Notes under the pieces: model-generated
Told to the model about the DNA's origin: nothing
The model's input: only the letters and a program-made list of their open reading frames with translations
The model's database searches: none
Position numbers and translations under genes: made by a program
Part shown: in pieces, positions 26,596-36,051 of the stretch
Numbering within the stretch: the stretch's first letter is position 1
Layout: each line of letters opens with the position of its first letter
Origin: Bacteroidales bacterium
Lineage (GTDB): Bacteria; Bacteroidota; Bacteroidia; Bacteroidales; UBA3824
Direction of reading: 5' to 3'
NCBI GenBank assembly: GCA_045640025.1
Contig: JAZUEG010000270.1
Span: 1-39,520, forward strand
DNA: 39,520 nucleotides

Positions 26596-27882
26596 ATGGC
26601 GAAGAAAAAGGTGGACGAGCAAATCCCGACAAGGGAGCGGATACAGAAGATTGTGGAAGGTTGGTTCCTGAGCGAGCCAGCCCTCTTCGAAATGTATTGC
26701 ACCCACCAGCTGAAGGAGAATCCCAAGATGGCCTGCCACGCGCGCACGGGAAAAGGCATGATAGAATACAATCCCACGCTTTTGGAAAACGCAAAAGACG
26801 ATCTCATAGAGCAAGTTCTCAGGATAGAGGTTATCAGGATAATGCTGAAGCATCCATACGAGCGTCAGCCAGAGAACGTGCCCAACATGGCCAAAACCCT
26901 TGGTAGCGAGTGCACTATCACCAACTATTATCCATCTACGGCCAATATGCTCGAAATGGCCACTCCCGAAAAGTTCGACCTCCCCGAAAACCAGTATTTC
27001 GAATGGTACGCACGGGAGATTTACAAGAAGCTCCAGACCGACAAATCCCAGCAGAAAACCGATGCCGAGGACGACAACAGTCAGGATAGTCAGGAACAGA
27101 ACGACCCTGACTCGCCCTCCAACAACTCCACCAACGAGCAAAGCCAGGGAAACCCGAAAGGCGGTAGCCAATACGACGAGCAGTCGGAGGACCAGAACCA
27201 GGACGACGCAAAATCACAGCAGTCGGGCCTCTGGGAAGAGGACGAGATGAAACAACAGGAGATTAACGAACAGATCTCAAAGATAAGGAATTGGGGCTCG
27301 GTACCTGGAGATATGGTTGAATACATAAAAGCCTCCACCAAGCCCAAGATCGACTACAGGAAAATCCTTCAGGGATTCCGCGCCAGCATAATATCAAGCC
27401 GACGTTCGCTCACACGAATGCGACCCAACCGACGCACGGGATTCCAGAACATGGGAAGCATCTACAAGTTCTCGACCTCGTTGCTTGTGGCGGTTGACGT
27501 TAGCGGATCGGTTACGAGCAAGACCTTGGCCGATTTCTACGGAGTAATCAACAACGCCTTCAAATACGGCATAGAACGCATCGACGTGATGCAGTTCGAC
27601 TGCGAGGCCCACGAGATAGTCCCATTCAGCAAGCGGAAAAACGAGATTGAGATCGTTGGCCGAGGAGGCACGAGCTTCCAATGCGTGATAGACGCCACGG
27701 CCAGCCACGTGCCCATCTACGACGGCCTTGTAATCCTCACCGACGGATACGCTCCCGTGCCTAAAATCCCCGACCACTTCCCCACCAAGATACTCTGGGT
27801 ATTGCAGGACGAGGATTCTTTCAAAAACAAGGGCGAGGGCCTTTCTGCCACGGGCCGAGTCTGCGTGATTAACTTAGGATAA
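26596..27882 (+). CDS. DUF2201 family protein (metallopeptidase-like N-domain + vWA domain)
   Basis: MIDAS DVSGS, GRGGTSF, LTDG; acidic/Gln-rich linker; lies 3 bp after the AAA gene. Confidence 0.88.
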   Translation: MAKKKVDEQIPTRERIQKIVEGWFLSEPALFEMYCTHQLKENPKMACHARTGKGMIEYNPTLLENAKDDLIEQVLRIEVIRIMLKHPYERQPENVPNMAKTLGSECTITNYYPSTANMLEMATPEKFDLPENQYFEWYAREIYKKLQTDKSQQKTDAEDDNSQDSQEQNDPDSPSNNSTNEQSQGNPKGGSQYDEQSEDQNQDDAKSQQSGLWEEDEMKQQEINEQISKIRNWGSVPGDMVEYIKASTKPKIDYRKILQGFRASIISSRRSLTRMRPNRRTGFQNMGSIYKFSTSLLVAVDVSGSVTSKTLADFYGVINNAFKYGIERIDVMQFDCEAHEIVPFSKRKNEIEIVGRGGTSFQCVIDATASHVPIYDGLVILTDGYAPVPKIPDHFPTKILWVLQDEDSFKNKGEGLSATGRVCVINLG

Positions 27883-27885
27883 AAA

Positions 27886-27922
27886 AAATGCGCAACCCTG
27901 ATTATTACAGAGTTGCGCATTT
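27886..27922. terminator. Bidirectional intrinsic terminator
   Basis: AAATGCGCAAC-c-CTG / CAG-a-GTTGCGCATTT between convergent genes. Confidence 0.8.
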
Positions 27923-27973
27923 CATTTAGTACGCCATCAGCTAAAATGCCATTAGCTGATATGATGAAAATAA

Positions 27974-28573
27974 TTAGTTCAAATTCGGCATCACTCTATT
28001 GCCGCCGATGGTAATGTAGCCAGGGTAACGGACTACCGAATTGCCGATAGCGAGATAAGGCTTGATGGAGAGCTTTACGCGGCTTTTGGCCTTGTCGTTG
28101 CCGGCCAGACCGCAGGCTGTGCTTACGAGCTTGTCCTTGCCTTTCGACGAGAGAATCTCATAGAGATCGAATGTGAAATTGACAGGCATTACTGTCTTCT
28201 CGTTGGCCGAGAGCTGGATTCTCTTGGTCATAGATCCGGCGGTCATCTTCATATCGTCGATCCAGAGAATGTACTCGAATCCATCGAGACGGGCTATCGA
28301 CTGATTGGGATTCCTGACATCCACATTTACATTGAGCGAAAGCGGAAACTTCTTGGAGGCAAAGGCGTTGGCTATCTTGAGGCCGTCCTGAAGGTTGAAA
28401 TCCTTGAGGCTCTGCTTGTTGCCCACCATAATATTGCAGAGCGACACATCCGACACGCTGTTGTAATCGAAATCGCACTTGGCGAAATTTGTAAGGCCCG
28501 ATATGGCCTTGCAGCCCACAAAGGCAAACATGATAACGGCTGCGAGAGCCAATAGTGTAAGTCTTTTTGTCAT
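27974..28573 (-). CDS. Lipoprotein, LEA_2/WHy-like fold
   Basis: Lipobox FVGC; LNVNVDVRNPN...ARLDGFEYILWIDD pattern. Confidence 0.75.
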   Translation of the reverse strand: MTKRLTLLALAAVIMFAFVGCKAISGLTNFAKCDFDYNSVSDVSLCNIMVGNKQSLKDFNLQDGLKIANAFASKKFPLSLNVNVDVRNPNQSIARLDGFEYILWIDDMKMTAGSMTKRIQLSANEKTVMPVNFTFDLYEILSSKGKDKLVSTACGLAGNDKAKSRVKLSIKPYLAIGNSVVRYPGYITIGGNRVMPNLN

Positions 28574-28609
28574 AATTCTGTCTTGTTTAATATTAATAAT
28601 ACTTGGTTT

Positions 28610-29584
28610 CTATTTGTCGCGGTTTACCACGTATTCGGCCAATTGTATAAGCGCCCTCCTGGCCTCGGTGTCCGGGAATTCCTGAAGGATGGCTACTGCC
28701 TTGTCTTTCAGCTCGTTCATCTTGGTCACCGAATATTCTACTCCACCTGAGTTTTTCACGAAATCCACTATCTTCTTGATATCAGCCGACGACTTGGATT
28801 TTTTCCTGAAAAGCGAGTATATGCTCTTGCGGTCCATAAACTTGGAGTTGTTTACCGAGTATATTACGGGCAGGGTAAGCTTGCGCTCCTGTATGTCGTT
28901 GTATTTCGGCTTGCCTATTATGCCGGTGTGCTGATAGTCGAAGAGGTCGTCCTTTATCTGGAAGGCAATGCCTATAAGAACGCCGAACTCCTTGAATCTG
29001 GCCACAACATCGGCACTTGCGCCGCTGCTGTAAGCGCCGGCCTCGCAGCATGCCGATATCAGCGCGCCGGTCTTCTTGCGGATTATCTCGAAATACGATT
29101 CCTCGTCTATATTCAACTTGTTGGCCTTTTCCAGCTGATCGAGCTCGCCCTCGCTCATATCGCGCACGGCCTCCGATACTATCTTCAGGATATCGGTCTG
29201 ATTGGTCTCCAGGCTCAGCAGCAGACCGCGCGACAGGAAATAATCGCCCGTAAGCACGGCTGTCTTGGCCTTCCACAATGCGAATATCGAGAAAAAGCCA
29301 CGGCGGTAGAAACTCTCATCCACCACATCGTCGTGAATGAGGGTAGCGGTGTGCAGCAGCTCTATGAGCGCGGCGGCCACCATTGTGGAATCGGTGGATC
29401 CTCCGGCCACCTTGGAGCACAGGAATACGAGCATTGGCCTCATCTGCTTGCCTTTGGTCTTCAGCGAATACCTGATGACAAAATTGAGCAGACGGCTCTT
29501 GGAACGCATCACGTTCTCGAAATATGGGACGAATTTTTCCATCTCGTCCTTTATGGGTGCTTTTATCTGGTCTATTGCCGCCAT
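28610..29584 (-). CDS. ispB: Long-chain polyprenyl (octaprenyl-type) diphosphate synthase
   Basis: GKQMRP, FARM HTATLIHDDVVD (Ala at -5 indicates a long chain), FQIKDDLFD. Start at MAAIDQIK; promoter TAACTTTG on the minus strand at 29627-29634. Confidence 0.9.
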   Translation of the reverse strand: MAAIDQIKAPIKDEMEKFVPYFENVMRSKSRLLNFVIRYSLKTKGKQMRPMLVFLCSKVAGGSTDSTMVAAALIELLHTATLIHDDVVDESFYRRGFFSIFALWKAKTAVLTGDYFLSRGLLLSLETNQTDILKIVSEAVRDMSEGELDQLEKANKLNIDEESYFEIIRKKTGALISACCEAGAYSSGASADVVARFKEFGVLIGIAFQIKDDLFDYQHTGIIGKPKYNDIQERKLTLPVIYSVNNSKFMDRKSIYSLFRKKSKSSADIKKIVDFVKNSGGVEYSVTKMNELKDKAVAILQEFPDTEARRALIQLAEYVVNRDK

Positions 29585-29684
29585 CTTATTAGTAATGTAT
29601 GAAAAAAAATATTTGTAATCAGAAAACAAAGTTATAAATTTGTTGCTACCAAAAAAATTAAAACAAGGCAAAAAAAGTTAAGGC

Positions 29685-30293
29685 ATGAAAAAAAAGTTTT
29701 TCAGGCCGTCGTCGGGCAAGATTATCTCCCCCTTGCCGGTAGATGAGGGCGATTTTGCGGATAGAATCCGGGGCAGTCTCGATGCCGACAGCATCAGGAT
29801 TCTGCCCGGCGGCGCCATGAGGATATCGGTGCGCGGCAAGATCCTGCCCATCAGCTACAATGTGGATATCAGGCTCAGGCACAGGCGGACACAATACAGT
29901 TTTGGCACCGAGAACATATTCATGGCCGTAATAGTGGCCGCATTTGCCGGTCTGCTGATATACAAGGGCCGGCTCGACACCTACATATTCTGGGCAGGCG
30001 CGCTGTCGGGCCTCGTGTTCTGGGTCCACAACGTGCTCACCCACGGCAGGATATCGGCCGCCATCAGGTCCATATTGCCCAGTGCAGCTAATGGCGTGGA
30101 CAATGCGGGCCCCTATTCCGGCTGCAGCATTACGTATCAGAAGCGGTGTCCGGCGTGCGGAAGTCCCGTTACGGGTTTCGGGTCGGTGTGCGGCGACTGC
30201 GGGATATCGCTAAGGGCCTCACAGGAAAGCAGTTCACGTTTTCCGGGATACAGGCTCAAGTATTTTTACAAAAAAAATACGGATAATTCTTAG
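29685..30293 (+). CDS. Hypothetical membrane protein with C-terminal zinc ribbon
   Basis: Two TM segments and a CPAC...CGDC motif. Confidence 0.65.
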   Translation: MKKKFFRPSSGKIISPLPVDEGDFADRIRGSLDADSIRILPGGAMRISVRGKILPISYNVDIRLRHRRTQYSFGTENIFMAVIVAAFAGLLIYKGRLDTYIFWAGALSGLVFWVHNVLTHGRISAAIRSILPSAANGVDNAGPYSGCSITYQKRCPACGSPVTGFGSVCGDCGISLRASQESSSRFPGYRLKYFYKKNTDNS

Positions 30294-30363
30294 GGTAAAC
30301 GCTGAGTTGAGTGTTATAGATATAAATCACAGATTTGGCTGACTTACTTAATACCTAATATTG

Positions 30364-30404
30364 AAAAAAGGGAACCCGCAGTGATGCGCGTTCCCTTTAT
30401 TTTT
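30364..30404. terminator. Intrinsic terminator downstream of rnpA (probably bidirectional)
   Basis: AAAGGGAAC-c-CGCA gtga TGCG-c-GTTCCCTTT with A and T tracts. Confidence 0.8.
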
Positions 30405-30406
30405 TG

Positions 30407-30811
30407 CTATGCCTTGGTATTCTTTTTTCTGATGATGCCCTCTATCTGGGCAAGTATATTCTTCATCGAGTTTTCGATAGTGGCAAAATCTATCAGGTTT
30501 CTCGACTTGTATACAAAGCCGATATTGAAATTGAGCCCCGTATCGGCTGCGGCCTGCATTATGGAGTGCTTGTTGATGCGGTAAGCCTCGCGGATAAGCC
30601 TCTTCATCCTGTTGCGGTCCACCGCATGCTTGAAATAGTGCTTGCCTACGGATACAAGAATCTGCGGGGCCGGTATGTCGTCCGGTCCTGCTATGCGGTA
30701 ATATACCGTGCATGGAAACACCCAGAGGCTCTTGCCCTTGGTGAACAGCTTCTCGGTACGTACCACACTCTTGAGCTTCTCCTCGCGTGGGAGTCCGTTA
30801 CGTTTCTGCAA
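30407..30811 (-). CDS. rnpA: Ribonuclease P protein component
   Basis: LPREEKLKS, SVGKHYFKHAVDRNRMKRLIREAYR. Confidence 0.95.
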   Translation of the reverse strand: MQKRNGLPREEKLKSVVRTEKLFTKGKSLWVFPCTVYYRIAGPDDIPAPQILVSVGKHYFKHAVDRNRMKRLIREAYRINKHSIMQAAADTGLNFNIGFVYKSRNLIDFATIENSMKNILAQIEGIIRKKNTKA

Positions 30812-30827
30812 TTCTGGTTATTTATGA

Positions 30828-31586
30828 TTATTTTTTCTTGTTGTTGGCCACGATGTATTTCTCGAGCGCCATGGTCATGCTCTTGCACTCCTCGGTAGGG
30901 GCCTCTATGTCGAGACGGTATCCGAGCTTCTTGACCTCGTCCTGTGTGGATGGGCCGAATGCGGCTATCTTGGTATCGCCCTGCTCCCACTCGGGGAAAT
31001 TCTCGTGGAGGCTTCTGATACCGGCCGGAGTAAAGAATACGAGCACATGAGAGTTCTGGAATGTATCCTTGATGTCGGAGAGGTCGTCGCTTACGGTCTT
31101 GTAGAGTACTATCTCCTGATGCTTTACCTTAAGCTTGTCGAAGAACTTAGGTATCTCGTCGCTCGATACGTCGCCGTGCACTATGAGAGTAGGCGCCTCA
31201 AGATGCTTCTTGATGGTGTCGGTAAGCTCGGTAACATTCTTGGTTCCGTAGAATATCTTACGCTTGCGGAATATGATGTATCTCTGCAGATAGAGCGCTA
31301 TCGACTCTGTGGAGCAGTAATACAGCATATCCTCGGGAACTTGGAACTTGGTTTCCTTGGCAAACTGGAAGTAAGTATCTATGCCGATCTTGCTGGTGAA
31401 TACTACGGCCTTGAAGTCTGAAAGCACAATATGCTGGGCTCTGAACTCCTTGGAGGTAACACCCTCTACCTTGATGAACTTGCGGAACTCAAGGTTCAGT
31501 TTCAACTTTTCTGCCAATGCAACGTAAGGGTTGCCCTTGGGCTCTGCTGGCTTTGGCTGCGACACCAATAGACTTGAAATCTTCAA
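30828..31586 (-). CDS. hemD: Uroporphyrinogen-III synthase-like protein (Bacteroidota HemD family)
   Basis: LLVSQPKP, FIKVEGV, VVFTSK, IALYLQRYI.FRKRKIF, LVFFTPAGI, IAAFG; typical DUF4271-hemD-rnpA gene order. Confidence 0.88.
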   Translation of the reverse strand: MKISSLLVSQPKPAEPKGNPYVALAEKLKLNLEFRKFIKVEGVTSKEFRAQHIVLSDFKAVVFTSKIGIDTYFQFAKETKFQVPEDMLYYCSTESIALYLQRYIIFRKRKIFYGTKNVTELTDTIKKHLEAPTLIVHGDVSSDEIPKFFDKLKVKHQEIVLYKTVSDDLSDIKDTFQNSHVLVFFTPAGIRSLHENFPEWEQGDTKIAAFGPSTQDEVKKLGYRLDIEAPTEECKSMTMALEKYIVANNKKK

Positions 31587-31654
31587 AATTCTGCTTGTTT
31601 AAGTAAATAATTATCTCTCTACCCCACCCTCTGAGAAACTTACCTAACTCATTA

Positions 31655-32860
31655 TCAAAGGGATAGGATTTTGATAGCGAGTAATACCGGCAAAATTTCC
31701 ACGCCGCAAAGGTACAAAAACAAATAAAAATATGAAAAATGTTTGTCAATAATAATTTTAATAAGCCTAAAAATTTTCAAAATCTCGGCTACAGCACATC
31801 CTATTAGGGTTGCGAAGAACACAAAATCGTGGATTCCCTGCTTGTTTATGTAAAAACTCATGATATTAGCTACCAGGAGAAAAACTCCCGTGGCCTGCAT
31901 CAGATACGAGACATTGTGATAATAGCTCGTAAAAACATCCTTGCAGCCGAAGAGCTGGGCCAGGAAAAACGATATCACCGACTTGACGGCGTATACTGCC
32001 AGCACCAGCACTATGAGCGCCACAAAAGCCAGCGGAAAATCCAATGGCAGCTGATAGCCATATCTATACACCGCCACTATCACCAGCAGCGATACGCAAA
32101 GCAGATAATTGATGAACAGGAGGGCACCGCTGCGGTCGGCGTTCATGTTGCGCTCGCGCTGCCGGTTGAGGAACGCGTTGTGGAAAACCGTAACGCTGAA
32201 TATCCTGGATATGTAGCCCTCGTGATTGAACATTCCGAGCAGCCCCAGCACTATGCCCAGCGCTATAGGCACTATCACTCCCCATGGATACTGCTCCTGT
32301 ATAGGGTCGGTATTCAGGTCGATATGGAAATGCGGAGGCAATGGCTTGCGGAGGTCTATGTTCCTGGCCCTGATGCCGAACTGCTTTACGGTGTAGTCGT
32401 CGAGGTTTCGGGTATCGAATGGCAGAAACATCGACAGCGAATCGCGCTTGGATAGCTTATGGAGATCGTCGGCAAGATATACAGGCGATGTGGCGTCGGG
32501 CCTTATCTTTACGTAAAACTCCAGCTTATCGCTCTTAACTACCGGAGGCACAGGGTTCTGCGCATTCAGGTAATTGGCCGGCAATGTAAACAGATGCCTC
32601 TCGGGAGCCTTGGGCAGTCCGGATGGATGGGTTTCAGATATCCCGCCATCAGCTGATACGGTTTCAGATATCTCGCCATTAGCTGATACAATAAAACCGT
32701 AACGCTCCCAGAATGGCTGGCCGGCGGAATGCAGATAGCCGGGGCTGGATGTATAAAAGACAAACGATGTGGAATCGCACGGCACGGGCTGCCAGCTAAT
32801 AGCAAGACCAAGCCTGCTAATGGCCAGTATCAGCAAAATCATTACCGCTAATTTCCTCAT
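31655..32860 (-). CDS. DUF4271 domain membrane protein
   Basis: C-terminal YLFLYLCGVEILP, multiple TMs, position upstream of hemD; promoter TATATTTG on the minus strand at 32893-32900. Confidence 0.8.
   Translation of the reverse strand: MRKLAVMILLILAISRLGLAISWQPVPCDSTSFVFYTSSPGYLHSAGQPFWERYGFIVSANGEISETVSADGGISETHPSGLPKAPERHLFTLPANYLNAQNPVPPVVKSDKLEFYVKIRPDATSPVYLADDLHKLSKRDSLSMFLPFDTRNLDDYTVKQFGIRARNIDLRKPLPPHFHIDLNTDPIQEQYPWGVIVPIALGIVLGLLGMFNHEGYISRIFSVTVFHNAFLNRQRERNMNADRSGALLFINYLLCVSLLVIVAVYRYGYQLPLDFPLAFVALIVLVLAVYAVKSVISFFLAQLFGCKDVFTSYYHNVSYLMQATGVFLLVANIMSFYINKQGIHDFVFFATLIGCAVAEILKIFRLIKIIIDKHFSYFYLFLYLCGVEILPVLLAIKILSL
32630..32689. repeat. In-frame 30-bp tandem duplication, each unit containing the iterated motif
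   Basis: ggtttcagatatcccgccatcagctgatac / ggtttcagatatctcgccattagctgatac, encoding VSANGEISET-VSADGGISET. Confidence 0.9.
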
Positions 32861-32930
32861 CGTTTGACTATTTTATAATAAAAATCAGAGCACAAATATA
32901 TTAATCTATTTTGTATAGTGCAAAATTATT

Positions 32931-34516
32931 TTATTCCGGCTCGTAATAATTGGCCTGAGGCGTCTCCTGAGACTGCTCAGACTCCGGGTAAAACTTCTGG
33001 TAATTGAGCAGGCATACTACAGCCTCCACATCGTCGATACTGCATACTGCGGTATTGCCGTTGTCGTATTTCCGGAATATACAGTTCTGCATGAGATGGC
33101 GCACCTTGTCGGATTCGGGCTCTATGAGCCATGGCCTGGCCAAGTCGTCGGGATTGTCCACGGGGCGGAACACGAGAAATCTCCGGGGCATGATCCTTGG
33201 CGCAAGCGGCACGTACTTTACGCTTACCATCTGGCCATCCACATGGCGGAACTGAACCATGCAGCTCTCGGAACGGCCGCCCTTGCCGGGTTTGTCGTAA
33301 TATTTCTCGGCCACAAAGGCTATGTAGTGTCAACCCGCGCACAGCTCTATGTCGGATTTGGGCTGTGTGGAGCTCTGCTCTATATCGAAATCTCCGTTCA
33401 TCTTGTGGCTGAGTTTTACAAAGAGCCATATCGCAAACGGAAGTACCAGGAGGCCGAGCACCAGAGTGAGCAGCAATACCGACTTGTTGCGTTTCTTGAT
33501 GTCCTTCTGGAAGTTTTCGCCGAAATATATTTCGTTGTCGCTGCCGGCTCCGCCGTTGGCGTATTTGGCAAACTTGGTCTTGAATACGTAATTGCCGGTC
33601 ACAAGGTCCTTCTCGTATAATCCGGCGCGGAGCACGTCCTTATAGCCCGTAACCACGCGGCGCATCTTGTGCTTGCCTATATTGTAGCCTATCTCCTCGG
33701 TAACGGTCTTGTAATAGAGCGGGCGCTTGGGCTGATACTGCGGAAACTCGCGGTATTCCTTCTCGAGCACTCCATCTACATCGCGTTTCATGAATCCGAA
33801 TGCCGACTTGTGGATATCATCGCGGGTGCCGTATGCCACACGGCCGGTCTGTCCGTTGATTACGAGCCACTTGCCATCAGCTCCATCTATCCTCATCACG
33901 TACATGGGCAGGTATACGGTATTTAGGATGAGGTTGGTCTCGGTCTCGTATTGCTGGGAGATGCGGAATCCGCGTTTTGTATTGCCGAAGGTCTCGGCCA
34001 CAAACGGTGAATATACGCTGACGGTCTCCTCCACGGTGCGGTCCATCACCTCATCGAGCGAGATGTCGGGAAGCAGCATTCGCCGGCCGGCCGTAAATGC
34101 GAAATCGAACGGCACTATGTCGGATGTATCGAACGGCTCGGCGGCATCCATCACGAGGTTGTCCATCTTGGCGGTCTGGCTCACGAAAATGCCGTCGAGA
34201 TAGCCTCCGCAGGTGTAATCGGCGCCATCGTGACTGAAATCGAGTCTTATAGGTCCGCGTATCATCTGGTATGGCAGATAATATCCCACCAGCGTATCGG
34301 CTATTGACTTGGCTGTCTGCTCTACGCCGTCGATACGGCTGTTTTTCTCGGCCCACTTATTGCATCAAACTCGGCGTTGCGCTTATTGTCCGACTTGGTG
34401 ACCTCCGATGCCAGAGTATCGCTGCCGCACGATGCGCAATGGTAATTCTGCGATATTATATCGTACTCCAGCGGATATCCGCACTTGGAACAGTGTAATG
34501 AGAAAAAGTCGTTCAT
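32931..34516 (-). pseudogene. Third Zn-ribbon membrane-protein paralogue, disrupted
   Basis: N-terminus matches the paralogues (CSKC...CASC). About 70 codons are deleted with a frameshift near 34360, and there is an in-frame TGA at 33330-33332. The remainder (QFRHVDG) resembles the C-terminal domain of copy 1 (KFRDIDG). Confidence 0.8.
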
Positions 34517-34570
34517 ATTTTTATGGTTTTATGTTTATTATATTAGTAGCTGATACATAATTAATTGCCA

Positions 34571-36037
34571 TTAGCTGATACCTCCCATTATCCAGCATAC
34601 CAGCAGCGCAACTATGGCCAGAAACACCACTACCACAATGGAATATGTGACAATCTCGCGCTTGCGTTTCTTCTCGGAATAATAGGTCTCGCTGTCGCCA
34701 TTAGCTCCGCCATATCTGTACTTGGGCACCACCTCCTCGAATTCGGGCTCCTTGATCCAGCCATGTATGGATAGAAGTATTATAAGCGCAAACAGCGATA
34801 CGGCGATAATGATGCCGTGGAGCTCCGACATCAAGACCTCGGTGGGATGCGCAAGTCCGCTGCCGAAAAAATCCTTGAAGAATACGATTGTGTAATACAA
34901 TGCGCCTATCACGAAGCAAGGCTTGGCAAACTTGGAGGCGCGTTTCATGATGTTGGCGCTGTACAGTCCGGCCTTCTCCCTGGGCTTGCCATCCAGCCCC
35001 GTCACCATCTTGTAGAAGAGCGGATGCTGCGGCCTGTACTGTGGAAACTCGTGCAAAACCCTGGCAAGGGCGCCATCATTCCTGCGCTTGAGGAATCCGT
35101 GGGTAGACTTTTGGAAATTATTGTTGCGTCCGCAGGCCACGCGTCCGGTCTGCCCGTTTACCACGCACCAGGTATACTTGTCGATATTGAATATATACAT
35201 GGGCAGATACACGGTATTGGTAATAAGCATCTGGCCCTCCTCCCTGGTATCGCCTGATGAGCTCATAACCATGGGCCGGTCGCCCACATGAAACATCTTG
35301 CTGATATATGGCTGATACTGCTGTGATACCTCCTCCGCTATCCTGCGGTTGAGCTCCTCGGTCTCGATATCGGGCATCAGGGCCTTGTGGCCTGCCATGT
35401 AGCTGAAATCGAAAGGCACAAGATCGGATGTGTTGAAAGGCTCGGCGGCATCGAGCACGAGATTGGGCGCATTGCCCGACTGGCTTATGAATATTCCGTC
35501 GAGGTATCCGCCGCAGGTGTACTTGCGGTCGTAGGCCAGAAAATCAAGACGCAATGGTCCGCTCACCATCTTGAACGGCATGTAATATCCTTCGAGATTG
35601 TCGCGGACTTTTTTTATTTTGACAGCTTTCTGGGGAACATTCCAGTTGCGCTCGGCCCAAGCGGCGAATATATTTACGGCCTCGTCGCGGGTGATATAGA
35701 ACGGTATCACAGCCTGAGGAAACTGCGCATCCGAAAAATGCGACTTGGTGACCGATGTGCCGCAAAAGCTGCAGGTTTTCATAAGCTCGTTGCCGGCCAG
35801 CATCACGCTGGCGCCGCAGCTGCGGCACTTGTACAGCGAGTGGGCGCTGCCCGACCTGGTAAGCCTTATCTTCTGCTCGGCATCAAAAGCCTCGTTGAGC
35901 TTCCTCGCTTTTTCGGTGACCTCGGCGGCCGGCATATCGCATCCGCACGAGGCGCAGTGATAGTTCTGCGTGAGGATGTCGAACCTGAGCGGACTTCCGC
36001 ACTGCGAGCATTTTATCGAAAATATGTTTTGCTGCAT
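34571..36037 (-). CDS. Zn-ribbon membrane protein paralogue 2 (four CxxC, VNGQTG family)
   Basis: CSQC/CASC/CRSC/CSFC, PQAVIPF, GYYMPF, LDAAEPF, VYLP, VNGQTGRV and three TMs; ATG at 36037. Confidence 0.85.
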   Translation of the reverse strand: MQQNIFSIKCSQCGSPLRFDILTQNYHCASCGCDMPAAEVTEKARKLNEAFDAEQKIRLTRSGSAHSLYKCRSCGASVMLAGNELMKTCSFCGTSVTKSHFSDAQFPQAVIPFYITRDEAVNIFAAWAERNWNVPQKAVKIKKVRDNLEGYYMPFKMVSGPLRLDFLAYDRKYTCGGYLDGIFISQSGNAPNLVLDAAEPFNTSDLVPFDFSYMAGHKALMPDIETEELNRRIAEEVSQQYQPYISKMFHVGDRPMVMSSSGDTREEGQMLITNTVYLPMYIFNIDKYTWCVVNGQTGRVACGRNNNFQKSTHGFLKRRNDGALARVLHEFPQYRPQHPLFYKMVTGLDGKPREKAGLYSANIMKRASKFAKPCFVIGALYYTIVFFKDFFGSGLAHPTEVLMSELHGIIIAVSLFALIILLSIHGWIKEPEFEEVVPKYRYGGANGDSETYYSEKKRKREIVTYSIVVVVFLAIVALLVCWIMGGIS

Positions 36038-36051
36038 ATTGTTATATTTTT

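Noticed and set aside
26233-27171. 312-aa antisense ORF, and similar long shadow ORFs such as 10045-10899, 28928-29602 and 35387-36076
   Set aside because: They lie opposite well-supported genes, have no recognisable motifs, and are expected from the codon bias.
22271-33332. Stop-codon reassignment suggested by the in-frame TAG (22271) and TGA (33330)
   Set aside because: TAG ends ruvC, ispB and the activase gene, and TGA ends the antitoxin and DUF4271 genes at expected positions. Single G>A changes from TGG explain both cases.
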